64,000 nt of DNA from an uncultured Mycoplasmatota bacterium (GCA_947166445.1 CAMVED010000001.1:28368-92367); one strand, 5' to 3'. Positions 31,218 through 42,138 are shown, counted from the stretch's first letter. Notes: a model not told the origin generated them from the sequence alone. Numbers and translations: made by a program.

Positions 31218-32573
31218 ATGAATTTAGAAAAAGAGATTTTTGATATATCATTACAAGATATAATTCCAAATAGATTTCAACCACGCGAAATATTTAACGA
31301 TAACGAACTGGCAGAATTATCAGAATCAATAAAACAACACGGAGTAATTCAACCAATAATAGTTAGAAAAGTAGGAGACAAATACGAAATAATTGCAGGA
31401 GAACGTCGTTTTAGGGCTTCACAAATGGCAGGAAAAGAAACAATACCAGCCTTAGTAAGAGATATAGATGATAAAGAAGCTGCCAAAATAGCACTTTTAG
31501 AAAATCTTCAAAGAAGCAATTTAACTCCAATAGAAGAAGCAAAAACATATCAAACAATACTAAAAATAGATAATATAACTCAAGATGAATTAGCAAATAA
31601 TTTAGGAAGATCACAATCAACAATTGCAAATAAACTAAGATTGTTAACTTTAACAGAAGAAGTTCAAACAGCACTTTTAAATTCCCAAATATCTGAACGC
31701 CATGCAAGAAGTTTATTAGGTTTAACAAATGAACAACAAATACAACTATTACACAAAACATTACAGGAAAAGCTAACAGTTAGACAATTAGATGAAGAAG
31801 TAATGAAAATGACTGGTAAAATACCAGACACTAACATAAATAATGATGTAACAACTAATAGTTTTGAAGGAGATCCGATAATGAATAATCAATTTTCAAG
31901 TTTAGGAAGTCAAAACATTAGCGTTCCAGAAGTACCAGAACCAAATGTCAACATTTTAAACACAACAATACCGTTACCAAATCAAAGCAACGAAAATGAA
32001 GATCCTGTAATAAATATACCAACAGTGGATATGCCATCGCCAGTAGGAGCAGTTCAAAATAATCAATCATTTATAAATAGCAGTTCATTCCCAAATACTG
32101 AAATGCCAATAATAAATGAAAATCAAACACCAGAAACAATAAATACTCAAGATAATAATAATTCAGTTCAAATAGAAATGCCACAAATACCTAGTGAAAC
32201 ACCAATTGAAGCAAGTATTACAGATAACAATCAACCAGAACCAATCACTAATGATGTTGTGCAAGACCAAGCAGTAATTTCAGAAGAACAACCAAAAGTT
32301 GAAAATATATTTGATAAATTAAGAGTAAATAGAGAAGAAAATCAAGAAAATAAATTCAATTTAAAAACACCTGATTTATCAAGTGTAATAGGACCACAGC
32401 CAACAAATGAACACCAAGAAGACAATTATAATGATATATATGATTTAAGATTTGCTATTAATAATTTTAGGCAAGCAGTTCAAAATACAGAAAAATTTGG
32501 TTTCAAAGTTAATGTAGACGAAAAAGATAATGGAGATAAATATCAAATAATTATAGAAATAGATAAAAAATAA
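31218..32573 (+). CDS. noc: Noc-like ParB-family protein with a long low-complexity insertion
   Basis: ParB box GERRFRAS. HTH RSQSTIANKLRLL..ISERHARSL resembles B. subtilis Noc. The rsmG-noc-soj-spo0J order holds. About 200 aa of N/Q/P/T/E-rich sequence separates it from the C-terminal dimerisation-like segment. Confidence 0.75.
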   Translation: MNLEKEIFDISLQDIIPNRFQPREIFNDNELAELSESIKQHGVIQPIIVRKVGDKYEIIAGERRFRASQMAGKETIPALVRDIDDKEAAKIALLENLQRSNLTPIEEAKTYQTILKIDNITQDELANNLGRSQSTIANKLRLLTLTEEVQTALLNSQISERHARSLLGLTNEQQIQLLHKTLQEKLTVRQLDEEVMKMTGKIPDTNINNDVTTNSFEGDPIMNNQFSSLGSQNISVPEVPEPNVNILNTTIPLPNQSNENEDPVINIPTVDMPSPVGAVQNNQSFINSSSFPNTEMPIINENQTPETINTQDNNNSVQIEMPQIPSETPIEASITDNNQPEPITNDVVQDQAVISEEQPKVENIFDKLRVNREENQENKFNLKTPDLSSVIGPQPTNEHQEDNYNDIYDLRFAINNFRQAVQNTEKFGFKVNVDEKDNGDKYQIIIEIDKK

Positions 32574-32598
32574 AGATGTATTTAATTATACATCTTTT

Positions 32599-33933
32599 TT
32601 AATACCACATATCTGTATATAAACCATCATCTTTATATAAATCATCTAAAAGTACAGCTTGAACAAATTCATCAGAAGCCTCTTCAAAAGTATAAGTATT
32701 TATAACAGGTCCACCAAAAGTCCAAAGAGATTCTGCAACATATACATGTTCATCATCAATACCAGCAATTATAGCGATATGTCCCCAAACTCCTAGAAGA
32801 TCACCAGCTTTAACCTTTCCGGACTTAAATAACTCCACGGAAGTATCCGTTTTAACACCACCTATATCATTTATTTCATTAGTATCTTCAAGATTGTCAC
32901 CAGCACCTTTATCTCCAACATCAAATCCGCCATTTAAAATGCTCCATGAAACAAAGCCACTACAATCAAGGCCATTAGGTTTATATTGACCTTTTTTAAA
33001 TACGGTTCCCCAATCTTCATAATTTTTAAGAGGACATCCCCATATAGCAGGACCTGCAAAGGAATATTTTAAACTCTTAAACTTATCTTCATGTAAATAT
33101 AAACCTTTATGATAGTATCTTCCTTCACCATCAGCATTGTGCATACCGCCATCAATTCTTCCATTCTCAAAGAAATATTCTATTTGATAAGGAAAATCAA
33201 GCATCAAAAATCTTATAGATTCAACAACAGCAGCACGAGTACCATAACCACCAACAGATTCAATTTTATCCTTCAAGATTTCATCTAATTTATTTACTTC
33301 CTTTTTAGAATAACGATTACAAGGTAAATTTGGTTTGTTATGATTGAAATTTTTAGAACGCTTTGAAATCAAGTTAGTAACCTCAACTTCAACTTCTTTC
33401 GAATAATTATCATTAACTGTCATAATTACCTTAGTAGTTCCAACTTTTTTACCAATGACCTTATTTTTTTTAATAGAAACAATTCTATTATTCAAAGATT
33501 CATAAACAATATTTTGATTCTTACCAATTAACTTCAATTTTGGATTTAATTCTTTTTTTTCACCAAGAGCTAAATAAACCTTTTTAGGCAAATTATCGCC
33601 AATAACTAAATCATTAATTTCAAAATTTCTAACAAATACATATTTTTTTATATAAATTTTAGAAAGATTTTTATCAACCTTTAAATTACACTCATTATTA
33701 GAAACACTAAGCCATTTAATGCTACGATTATTTGTACTAAAACCACATTTTATATCACTATTTAGTTTACTAACTTTTAAAGTAAAAATATCGTCATCAG
33801 ATTCAACAACACTTAAATTGTTCAAAACATCAATATCATAAAAAGGTTTTAAGTAAAAATAGCTAACAAAAGAACTTATACTAACAGTAAAGAATAACAT
33901 AGCAAAAAAAATTAACCACCTTTTTTTCTTCAT
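32599..33933 (-). CDS. Secreted NlpC/P60 (C40) family cell-wall peptidase with N-terminal signal/TM and beta-rich domain
   Basis: Catalytic Cys motif DCSGFVSW and downstream GHIAII His motif. Length 444 aa. Confidence 0.65.
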   Translation of the reverse strand: MKKKRWLIFFAMLFFTVSISSFVSYFYLKPFYDIDVLNNLSVVESDDDIFTLKVSKLNSDIKCGFSTNNRSIKWLSVSNNECNLKVDKNLSKIYIKKYVFVRNFEINDLVIGDNLPKKVYLALGEKKELNPKLKLIGKNQNIVYESLNNRIVSIKKNKVIGKKVGTTKVIMTVNDNYSKEVEVEVTNLISKRSKNFNHNKPNLPCNRYSKKEVNKLDEILKDKIESVGGYGTRAAVVESIRFLMLDFPYQIEYFFENGRIDGGMHNADGEGRYYHKGLYLHEDKFKSLKYSFAGPAIWGCPLKNYEDWGTVFKKGQYKPNGLDCSGFVSWSILNGGFDVGDKGAGDNLEDTNEINDIGGVKTDTSVELFKSGKVKAGDLLGVWGHIAIIAGIDDEHVYVAESLWTFGGPVINTYTFEEASDEFVQAVLLDDLYKDDGLYTDMWY

Positions 33934-34148
33934 ATAACACCTACATATAAATATTTTAATAATAATATAATCCTACTATCTAATAAATATTATAACACGT
34001 TTTTTAATAGTTGTTATATTTATTTTACCTAATTTAAATAATTAAAAAAAATCTAAAATTTTTCTCAATATAAAATATCAAAAACACTTTAAAAAAATAC
34101 GTTTTTTTGATAAAATAAAAATAGCGAGAAAAAGGAGTAGTGACATAA

Positions 34149-34928
34149 ATGGGAAAAGTGATTTCATTAATAAATCAAAAAGGCGGAGTAGGCAAGACAA
34201 CAACAAGTATAAATTTGGCAGCATCCCTAGCATTATTAGGTAAAAAAATACTATTAATAGATTTAGATCCACAATGTAATGCAACAACAGGAATAGGATT
34301 AAATAAAGGTGACATAGAAAAAAGTATTTATAATGTTTTTAATGGTACATCAACTATAGAAGATGCTACCTTAAAAACAAGATATAAAAACTTGTATGTG
34401 CTTCCGGCTAATATAAATCTTGCTGGTATTGATATAGAACTAGAGCAATCTAATCAAAACATAGGAGTATCTAAAGCAGAGAGATTAAAATATCACATAG
34501 ATAAAGTCAAAAAAGATTATGATTATATATTGATAGATTGTCCCCCAGCACTAGGAATAATAACAACAAATGCATTAACAGCATCTGATTCAGTAATAAT
34601 ACCGGTACAATGTGAATTCTTTGCACTTGAAGGAATAACACAACTTCTAAAAGCAATAATGTATACACAAGCAAATCTAAATCCAAATTTATCGATTGAA
34701 GGAGTACTACTTACAATGCTTGATGCAAGAACAAACCTAGGTTTAGAAGTAGTTGAAGAAATAAGAAGTTATTTTAAAGATAAAGTATATAATACAATAA
34801 TTCCAAGATTAATTAGATTGACAGAAGCCCCATCACATGGGAAACCAATAGTAGCTTATGATCCAAAATCACGTGGATCTGAAGCATATTTAAATTTAGC
34901 GAAAGAGGTGATTAAAGCAAATGAATGA
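34149..34928 (+). CDS. soj: Chromosome partitioning ATPase Soj/ParA
   Basis: Deviant Walker A KGGVGKTTT. Length 259 aa. Confidence 0.95.
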   Translation: MGKVISLINQKGGVGKTTTSINLAASLALLGKKILLIDLDPQCNATTGIGLNKGDIEKSIYNVFNGTSTIEDATLKTRYKNLYVLPANINLAGIDIELEQSNQNIGVSKAERLKYHIDKVKKDYDYILIDCPPALGIITTNALTASDSVIIPVQCEFFALEGITQLLKAIMYTQANLNPNLSIEGVLLTMLDARTNLGLEVVEEIRSYFKDKVYNTIIPRLIRLTEAPSHGKPIVAYDPKSRGSEAYLNLAKEVIKANE

Positions 34929-35796
34929 TCAACCAAAAAGAAGAGCATTAGGACGTGGACTTGAAGAATTGTTTAATATCGAAGATATAAATTATAACAA
35001 AATTGAAGAAAAAATAATGGAAACTACAGACGAAAGCGAAATAAAAGAAATACCAATTGAAAAGTTAAGAGTTAATCCATATCAACCAAGAAAAACATTT
35101 AACGAAGAATCACTTAACGAACTTGCAGAATCTATAAAAGAACATGGAGTGATTCAACCAATAATAGTTAAAAAAAGTATAAAAGATTATGAAATAGTAG
35201 CAGGAGAACGTCGTTTTAGAGCATCAAAACTTGCAGGGAAAGAAACTATTCCTTGTATAGTTAAAGATTTCACTGATGAACAAATGATGGAAATTGCAGT
35301 ACTTGAAAATTTACAAAGAGAAGATTTAAATTCTATAGAAGAAGCATTAGGATTTGAAACACTAATGACAAACTTAAATTTAACACAAGAACAATTAGCA
35401 AAAAGAGTAGGCAAAAGTAGAAGTTATATAACAAACATGTTGGGGCTTTTAAATCTGCCTCCAGAAGTAAAAGAATTAGTAAAGCAAGGAAAAATATCAA
35501 CAAGTCACGCTAGGACTCTTTCAAAAATAGAAGATTCAGAAAAAATAAAAGAATTAGCAAATAAGATAATAAATGAAAACTTAAATGTAAGACAAATAGA
35601 AGAAGTATCAAAAGAAACTCCAAAAAAAGTAAAACAAAGACATACAGAAAAAAACAAAGAATTTGAAGAATTAGAACAAGAATTAGTAGATTATTTAGGA
35701 ACAAAAGTAAAAGTTAAAAACAAAAAAATAGAAATAAGTTATGAAAATGAAAATGATTTAAATAAAATATTAGAAATAATTAATTTTAATAAGTAG
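34921..35796 (+). CDS. spo0J: Chromosome partitioning protein Spo0J/ParB
   Basis: GERRFRASKLAG. HTH KSRSYITNMLGLL. Length 291 aa. Confidence 0.93.
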   Translation: MNDQPKRRALGRGLEELFNIEDINYNKIEEKIMETTDESEIKEIPIEKLRVNPYQPRKTFNEESLNELAESIKEHGVIQPIIVKKSIKDYEIVAGERRFRASKLAGKETIPCIVKDFTDEQMMEIAVLENLQREDLNSIEEALGFETLMTNLNLTQEQLAKRVGKSRSYITNMLGLLNLPPEVKELVKQGKISTSHARTLSKIEDSEKIKELANKIINENLNVRQIEEVSKETPKKVKQRHTEKNKEFEELEQELVDYLGTKVKVKNKKIEISYENENDLNKILEIINFNK

Positions 35797-35804
35797 GTGA
35801 TACA

Positions 35805-36605
35805 ATGCTATCAGATTATCTAAAATATATAATAGATAAAGACATTCACTTAATAATAATATACATAGTTTTAGGATTTATATTTTATAACATAATTAAA
35901 TCAGTAATGAATAAACAAACTAATAAATTAAAAAACAATCATCAAAAAACAATGCACAAATTAATTCAAAATACAATAAAATACATAATATTAATACTGG
36001 TTATGGTATCAGTACTAAACATTTTAGGAGTTAATGTAACATCAATAATTGCTGGAGTAGGAATAGCTTCAATTGTAGTAGGACTAGCACTTCAAGATGT
36101 AATGACCGATATATTATCAGGAATATCAATAGTTTTAGAAGATCAATTTGATGTTGGAGACTATGTAGAAATAAATGGTTTCGAAGGTACAGTGTTAGAG
36201 CTAGGATTAAAAAGTACTAAAATAAAAAATTTTCAAAACACAGTAAAAATAATAGCTAACAGAACAATAACTTCTGTTACAAACTATTCAAAAGATAATC
36301 CGAAAATTGTAATAGATGTACCTATTCCATATGATATTGATAATAAAGAAGCAGATAAAGTACTAAACAAAGTATTAAAAAGAATAGAAAAAGAAGTACC
36401 AAATCAAAAAGATAGTGCACAATTACTTGGACTTCAAAGTTTTAATTCATCAAATATATCATATAGAATCCTAGTATCAGTAAAAGTAAATGAACAATTT
36501 ATAGCAAAAAGACAAATAAATAGAATAGTAAAAGAAGAGTTTGACAAAGGAAGTATTTCTATTCCATTTGATATAGTAGAGGTAAGAAATGGAAAAAACA
36601 TATAA
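35805..36605 (+). CDS. MscS-family small-conductance mechanosensitive channel
   Basis: TM helices plus the conserved LQDVMTDILSGISI..FDVGDYVEINGFEGTV core. Confidence 0.85.
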   Translation: MLSDYLKYIIDKDIHLIIIYIVLGFIFYNIIKSVMNKQTNKLKNNHQKTMHKLIQNTIKYIILILVMVSVLNILGVNVTSIIAGVGIASIVVGLALQDVMTDILSGISIVLEDQFDVGDYVEINGFEGTVLELGLKSTKIKNFQNTVKIIANRTITSVTNYSKDNPKIVIDVPIPYDIDNKEADKVLNKVLKRIEKEVPNQKDSAQLLGLQSFNSSNISYRILVSVKVNEQFIAKRQINRIVKEEFDKGSISIPFDIVEVRNGKNI

Positions 36606-36774
36606 TTTAGGTACTAAAGTAATTATGAAAAAAGCCCATCCATGTGGGACAAACTTATGGGAAATAACACGCCTTGGAGCTGATATAAAACTAAAATGTA
36701 TTAACTGTGGAAGAATAGTAATGCTACCAAGAGTTGAATTTAATAAGAAATTAAAAAAAATAGTAGAGGAGTAA
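36589..36774 (+). CDS. DUF951 (YyzM-like) small protein
   Basis: Length 61 aa. CxxC..CxxC-type. Conserved position before ychF. Confidence 0.6.
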   Translation: MEKTYNLGTKVIMKKAHPCGTNLWEITRLGADIKLKCINCGRIVMLPRVEFNKKLKKIVEE

Positions 36775-36777
36775 ACT

Positions 36778-38373
36778 ATGGCTAAGAAAAAGAAATTAAA
36801 AGATCTCAAATTACATCCAATAACTAGTTTTATTATATTGATAATAGTAACAATTGTTTTAAGTGCTATTTTATCTTTGTTTAATATAACAGTTTCATAT
36901 GACAGTATTAATTTAAATACCAATGAGTTAGAGCAAACAATGAAAGTTATAAAAAATATGCTATCATATGATGGAATAAAATCAATAATAAGTAATGCTT
37001 CATTAAACTTTGTAAGTTTAACTACAGTAAGTACTTTAATAATAACATTAATGGGAATAAGTGTAGCAGAAGAAACAGGATTAATTCAAACATTTATGAA
37101 AAAGAGATTAACAAAAATAAATCCTAAAATAATAACATTCATATTAATACTTTTAGCAGTATTTTCAAGTATAGTAAATGAAGTAGGATATGCAGTACTA
37201 ATACCTTTAGGAGCTCTTCTATTCTTATTTAACGGAAGAAATCCGCTTGCAGGTATTGCAGCAGCATTCGCTGGAGTAGCATTTGGTTATAGTATAAGTT
37301 TCTTTGTAGGAGCTACAGATATGTCATTAATTCCATATACCCAAAACGCTGCTAAATTAATTGATGAATCATTCTATGTAAAGATGACATCGAATTTATA
37401 CATAATGATTTTTTCGAGTATTATAATATCAATCGTAGGAACTATTATAACTGAAAAATATATAGTAAAAAAGATGGGAAGATATGTATCAAAAACAAAA
37501 GATGATTTAGATAAGACAAAAGAAATAGAATATCTTGATCTTCAATATGAAGAACAAAAGAAATTAAAAGAAGAAGAAAGTGAAAAAAAAGGAATAAAAT
37601 ATGCAACAATCGCAGCAGCAATAGTAGGGTTAATATTTATTTATATGATCATCCCTGGTTTACCACTTTCTGGAGCACTTTTAGATAATACCCAAAATGC
37701 TTATGCTTATCAGTTATTTGGTGCAAATTCTTACTTAGAATCAGGATTTACATATATGTTCTCATTATTTATGATAATAACAGGAATAGCATATGCAATA
37801 GGCGCTAAATCAATAAAAAATGATAAAGAATTAGTTCAAAAATTAAGAACAAGACTAAGTGATTTAGGAATTATATTAGTTATGATATTCTTTGCATCAC
37901 AATTTATAGCAATATTCAAGGAAACAAACATAGGGACTATAATACTAGCAGTATCTGCTAATATGCTAAAATCATTACCAGTATCAGGAATAGTACTTGT
38001 AATAGTTGCAATGTTATTAATTGCCATAGCAAACTTGTTTGTGCCAAGTACTTTAGCCAAATGGGAAGTTTTATCTCCTGTTTTAGTACCAATAATGATG
38101 CAACTAAACATGTCACCACAATTTGCGCAATTCGTCTTTAGAGCAGCAGAATCAATGACAAATGGAATAACACCATTACTTGCATACTTTGTTGTATATA
38201 TAGGATATTTAAACATATATAACAAAGAAGAAAAGAAAGTATATGGAATAAGAAATGGTATAAAAATAATGATGCCATATTGTATAGCACTATCAATAAC
38301 ATGGATTGCAATAGTAGTATTATGGTATCTAATAGGTCTACCTTTAGGGCCTTCAGTATTTCCAACACTATAA
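36778..38373 (+). CDS. AbgT-family transporter
   Basis: Polytopic protein of 531 aa with an AbgT-like N-terminus. Confidence 0.5.
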   Translation: MAKKKKLKDLKLHPITSFIILIIVTIVLSAILSLFNITVSYDSINLNTNELEQTMKVIKNMLSYDGIKSIISNASLNFVSLTTVSTLIITLMGISVAEETGLIQTFMKKRLTKINPKIITFILILLAVFSSIVNEVGYAVLIPLGALLFLFNGRNPLAGIAAAFAGVAFGYSISFFVGATDMSLIPYTQNAAKLIDESFYVKMTSNLYIMIFSSIIISIVGTIITEKYIVKKMGRYVSKTKDDLDKTKEIEYLDLQYEEQKKLKEEESEKKGIKYATIAAAIVGLIFIYMIIPGLPLSGALLDNTQNAYAYQLFGANSYLESGFTYMFSLFMIITGIAYAIGAKSIKNDKELVQKLRTRLSDLGIILVMIFFASQFIAIFKETNIGTIILAVSANMLKSLPVSGIVLVIVAMLLIAIANLFVPSTLAKWEVLSPVLVPIMMQLNMSPQFAQFVFRAAESMTNGITPLLAYFVVYIGYLNIYNKEEKKVYGIRNGIKIMMPYCIALSITWIAIVVLWYLIGLPLGPSVFPTL

Positions 38374-38391
38374 TAACAAGGAGGTATAGAC

Positions 38392-39489
38392 ATGAGTTTA
38401 AAAGCAGGTATAGTAGGTCTCCCCAATGTCGGGAAGTCTACTCTCTTTAATGCAATAACAAAAAAAGACATACTAATAGCAAATTATCCATTTGCAACAA
38501 TAGATCCAAATGTTGGAATAGTAAATGTTCCAGATGAAAGATTGCAAAAACTTGCAGAGCTTTATAATCCAAAAGAAATTAAACCTGCAGCATTTGAATT
38601 TGTAGACATTGCAGGAATAGTAAAAGGGGCAAGTGAAGGTGAAGGCTTAGGCAATAAGTTTTTATCACATATTAGAGAAGTAGATGCTATCTGCGAAGTA
38701 GTAAGATGTTTTGAAAATAAAGAAATAACTCACGTTGAAGGTTCGGTTGATCCAATAAGAGATGTTGAAATAATAAATCTAGAACTCGCTTTAGCAGACT
38801 TAGAAATAGTATCAAATAGATTAGATAAAATAAGAAAAAAGGCACAAACAACAAAAGAAAAAGAAGCACTCATAGAATTAAGTGCACTAGAAAAATCAAA
38901 AGAAGCATTAGAAAAAAATATACCATTAAGATTAATAAAATACGATGATGATGAACTATTCTCGCTAAAGTCGTTTAATCTGTTAACACTAAAACCACAT
39001 ATATATTTAGCAAATGTAAGCGAAGAAGACATAAATCAAGACAATGAACATGTAGAAAAACTTATAGAATATGCTTTAAAGGAAAATTCAAAAGTCATAA
39101 AAGTATCAGCAAAAATAGAATCAGAACTTGCAGAACTAGACGATGAAGATAAAAATGAAATGTTAAAAGATTTAGGTATAGAAAAAAGTGGTTTAGACAA
39201 GTTGGTAGAAACAACATATGCACTATTAGGATTAAAAACATACTTTACTGCAGGAGAACCCGAAGTAAGAGCTTGGACTTATAAAGATGGTATGAATGCC
39301 AAAGAGTGTGCAGGAATAATTCATACAGACTTTGAAAAAGGCTTTATTAAAGCCGAAGTTATTTCATATAAAGACTTAATAGAATTAGGAAGTGAACAAA
39401 AAGTAAAAGATAATGGTAAATTAAGACTCGAAGGCAAAGATTATTTAATGCAAGATGGAGATATTTGTCACTTTAGATTTAATAAATAG
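38392..39489 (+). CDS. ychF: Ribosome-binding ATPase YchF
   Basis: [16 protein letters not shown]. Length 365 aa. Confidence 0.95.
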   Translation: MSLKAGIVGLPNVGKSTLFNAITKKDILIANYPFATIDPNVGIVNVPDERLQKLAELYNPKEIKPAAFEFVDIAGIVKGASEGEGLGNKFLSHIREVDAICEVVRCFENKEITHVEGSVDPIRDVEIINLELALADLEIVSNRLDKIRKKAQTTKEKEALIELSALEKSKEALEKNIPLRLIKYDDDELFSLKSFNLLTLKPHIYLANVSEEDINQDNEHVEKLIEYALKENSKVIKVSAKIESELAELDDEDKNEMLKDLGIEKSGLDKLVETTYALLGLKTYFTAGEPEVRAWTYKDGMNAKECAGIIHTDFEKGFIKAEVISYKDLIELGSEQKVKDNGKLRLEGKDYLMQDGDICHFRFNK

Positions 39490-39562
39490 ACACAATCAAT
39501 AACAAAGATTGTGTTTTTCTTTTAAAATATGGTATTATAATAATATAGAAAAGAGGTAAAAA

Positions 39563-40588
39563 ATGAGTACAGTAAAAATATTTATGAATAAAATAAAAGA
39601 AATAGATACCAAAAGATTAAATATGCTAGCAGAAAAAATAGCAAAAAAAAATAACAAAAGTATAGGATATGTAAAAAGAGATATGATTAAAAACTTTTTA
39701 AAATATAAAATAGGTTATACTGATTATTTTAAAAGTGACTACATTAATTTAACAAAAGAACAAAAAAAAGATTTTTTAACATCTAAAAATTTTATAAATG
39801 TAATGGGGTATTTAAATCCAAGACAATATCGTATCTTAACACTTGATAAGATAGTGTTTAATAATATAATGAAAGATTATTTAAAAAGAGACTATTTAGA
39901 TTTAAGAGTAGCATCAGATAAAGAAATAGAAAAATTTTTAAAAGGAAAAGAAACAGTTTTTGCTAAACCGACTACAGATTTCGGAGGACACAACATTGAA
40001 AAAATAAAAGTAAAAGATATAAAAAATATAAAAGAATTACACAAAAAATTGTTAAAAAACAATCAATTTCTTCTTGAAGATGGAATAAAGCAACATAAAT
40101 TAGTACAAAAAATTAATCCATATGCTGTTAATGCATTAAGACTAATTACCTTAGTAAAAGATGGAGAAGCACATATAATTGGTAACACTTTCAGAATAGG
40201 ACTAGATGAAAATCATGCTATACAATGCAGGGATACATATATGCGATTAGAAAATGATGGGACACCAGCATGTAAATTTGTAGATGATGATGGAATAACT
40301 TATGACAAACATCCTTTAACAGGCTTTGACTTTAATAATATAGAAAAAATACCATATGTCCCTGAAGCAATAGAAATGGTAAAAAAAGCAGCAATGTTGA
40401 TTCCAGATTTAAGATACATAGGATGGGATGTGGCAATAACTGATAATGGGCCACTTATTATCGAAGGAAATGAGTTTCCAAGTTATGGTTTAATACAAAA
40501 TCATATGTTAAATCCTAAAAATCCAGGACATTTAAAACAAATAAGAGATGTAATTGGAGAAGAAGAATTCAAAAATATAAAGCTGTAA
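39563..40588 (+). CDS. ATP-grasp-like protein (sugar-transfer-associated TupA-like family), paralog 1
   Basis: Motifs FAKPTTDFGGH and YIGWDVAITDNGPLIIEGNEFPS. About 60% identical to the next ORF. Confidence 0.45.
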   Translation: MSTVKIFMNKIKEIDTKRLNMLAEKIAKKNNKSIGYVKRDMIKNFLKYKIGYTDYFKSDYINLTKEQKKDFLTSKNFINVMGYLNPRQYRILTLDKIVFNNIMKDYLKRDYLDLRVASDKEIEKFLKGKETVFAKPTTDFGGHNIEKIKVKDIKNIKELHKKLLKNNQFLLEDGIKQHKLVQKINPYAVNALRLITLVKDGEAHIIGNTFRIGLDENHAIQCRDTYMRLENDGTPACKFVDDDGITYDKHPLTGFDFNNIEKIPYVPEAIEMVKKAAMLIPDLRYIGWDVAITDNGPLIIEGNEFPSYGLIQNHMLNPKNPGHLKQIRDVIGEEEFKNIKL

Positions 40589-40637
40589 AAGGCTTTTTTT
40601 TATTCAAAAATATAGTATACTATATATAGGTGATAAT

Positions 40638-41669
40638 ATGAGTACGACGAAAATAATGTTTGAAAAAATAAAATCAATAAACCATAAAAGATTAAATCTT
40701 TTAGCAGAACGTATAGCAATAAAAAATAATAAAACAGTTTCATTTGTTAAAAGAGATATGATTAAAAACTTTTTAAAATACGGAATTGGTTATACAGATT
40801 ATTTCAAAGGAAATTATATAAACTTAACAGAAGAAGAAAAAAAGAATTACGTGACATCAAAAAACTATATAAATGTATTAAGATATTTAAATCCAAAAGA
40901 GTATAGAGTATTAACATTTAATAAATTAGTATTTAATAAAATATTTAAAGATTATTTAAAAAGAGATTTTATAGATATAAGAACAGCAAAAGAAGAAGAT
41001 ATTGAAAGATTTATAAAAAACAAAAAATATATTTTTGCAAAACCAATAACAGATTTTGGAGGACACGGTATAACAAAAATAGAAACAAATAAAATAAAAA
41101 GCATCAAAAGTTTAAAAAAACAATTACTTAGTAAAAAACAATATTTAATAGAAAACGAACTCAAACAACACAAAGTACTAAATGAAATAAATCCAGATTG
41201 TGTATCATCGTTTAGAATAATAACTCTTTATAATAAAGGAAAAGTATATACATTTGATAATGTGTTAAGAATAGGATTAGATAGCGATCCAGCCCTAGCA
41301 TGTTTTGATGGCGATATAAGAATAAACGAAGATGGAACGCCTGCAAGTGGAATGTGGGATGATAATGGGACTTTATATAGTACTCATCCTTTAACAGGAT
41401 ATGAAATGAAAGATTTTACTAAGTTGCCATATGCAAAAGAAGCTGTAGAAATGGTAAAAGAAGCTGCTATGCTAGTACCAGAACTAAGATATATAGGATG
41501 GGATGTAGCGATAACTGATAAAGGACCAGCAATAATTGAAGGTAACGAAACACCAAGTTATGGACCAACACAAAATTATATGCTTAATCCAAACAAAAAA
41601 GGACATCTAAAAGAAATAAGGGACATCATAGGAGAAGAAGAGTTCAAGAATATAAAGTTGAATAAATAA
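40638..41669 (+). CDS. ATP-grasp-like protein, paralog 2
   Basis: Tandem duplicate of 39563..40588. Confidence 0.45.
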   Translation: MSTTKIMFEKIKSINHKRLNLLAERIAIKNNKTVSFVKRDMIKNFLKYGIGYTDYFKGNYINLTEEEKKNYVTSKNYINVLRYLNPKEYRVLTFNKLVFNKIFKDYLKRDFIDIRTAKEEDIERFIKNKKYIFAKPITDFGGHGITKIETNKIKSIKSLKKQLLSKKQYLIENELKQHKVLNEINPDCVSSFRIITLYNKGKVYTFDNVLRIGLDSDPALACFDGDIRINEDGTPASGMWDDNGTLYSTHPLTGYEMKDFTKLPYAKEAVEMVKEAAMLVPELRYIGWDVAITDKGPAIIEGNETPSYGPTQNYMLNPNKKGHLKEIRDIIGEEEFKNIKLNK

Positions 41670-41834
41670 TATAAAAAAAGAAAACAAACAAATGTCTAAA
41701 TAGGCATTTGTTTTGTAATACAAATACAAAAAAACTCTAGACAAACATATAATTTATTGTTATAATACAAAACGAGTAAAAGAGATTTACTCCTTACTTC
41801 GAAAGAAGTCATAAGTCCAAAAGGAGGTGTAACG

Positions 41835-42122
41835 ATGAAAAAGTACGAAATTATGTTTATAGTTAAACCAACACTTGAAGAAGCTTCTATTAAAAAAGCA
41901 TTTGAAGACATGAAAAAAGTTTTAACTGATAACAAAGCTAAAATCGTTGATGAAAAAGAAATGGGACAACGTGATTTAGCATACGAAATCAAAAAACATA
42001 AAACAGGATACTATTTTCTATTAGTTACTGAAGCACCTGTAGAAGCTATTAATGAATTTGAAAGAATTTCAAATATTAGCGATACAGTAATTCGTACACT
42101 AATAACAAAATTAGAAGATTAA
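41835..42122 (+). CDS. rpsF: 30S ribosomal protein S6
   Basis: Length 95 aa. rpsF-ssb-rpsR operon. Confidence 0.95.
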   Translation: MKKYEIMFIVKPTLEEASIKKAFEDMKKVLTDNKAKIVDEKEMGQRDLAYEIKKHKTGYYFLLVTEAPVEAINEFERISNISDTVIRTLITKLED

Positions 42123-42138
42123 TTAAAGAGGTAAAAAT

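Noticed and set aside
34861-34876. Possible parS inside the 3' end of soj (AAATCACGTGGATC), by analogy with the parS inside B. subtilis spo0J
   Set aside because: Only one half-site (TCACGTG) matches. It is not a full palindrome.
36477-36923. 148-aa - strand ORF overlapping mscS and DUF951
   Set aside because: Antisense to two conserved + strand genes. Hydrophobic low-complexity translation.
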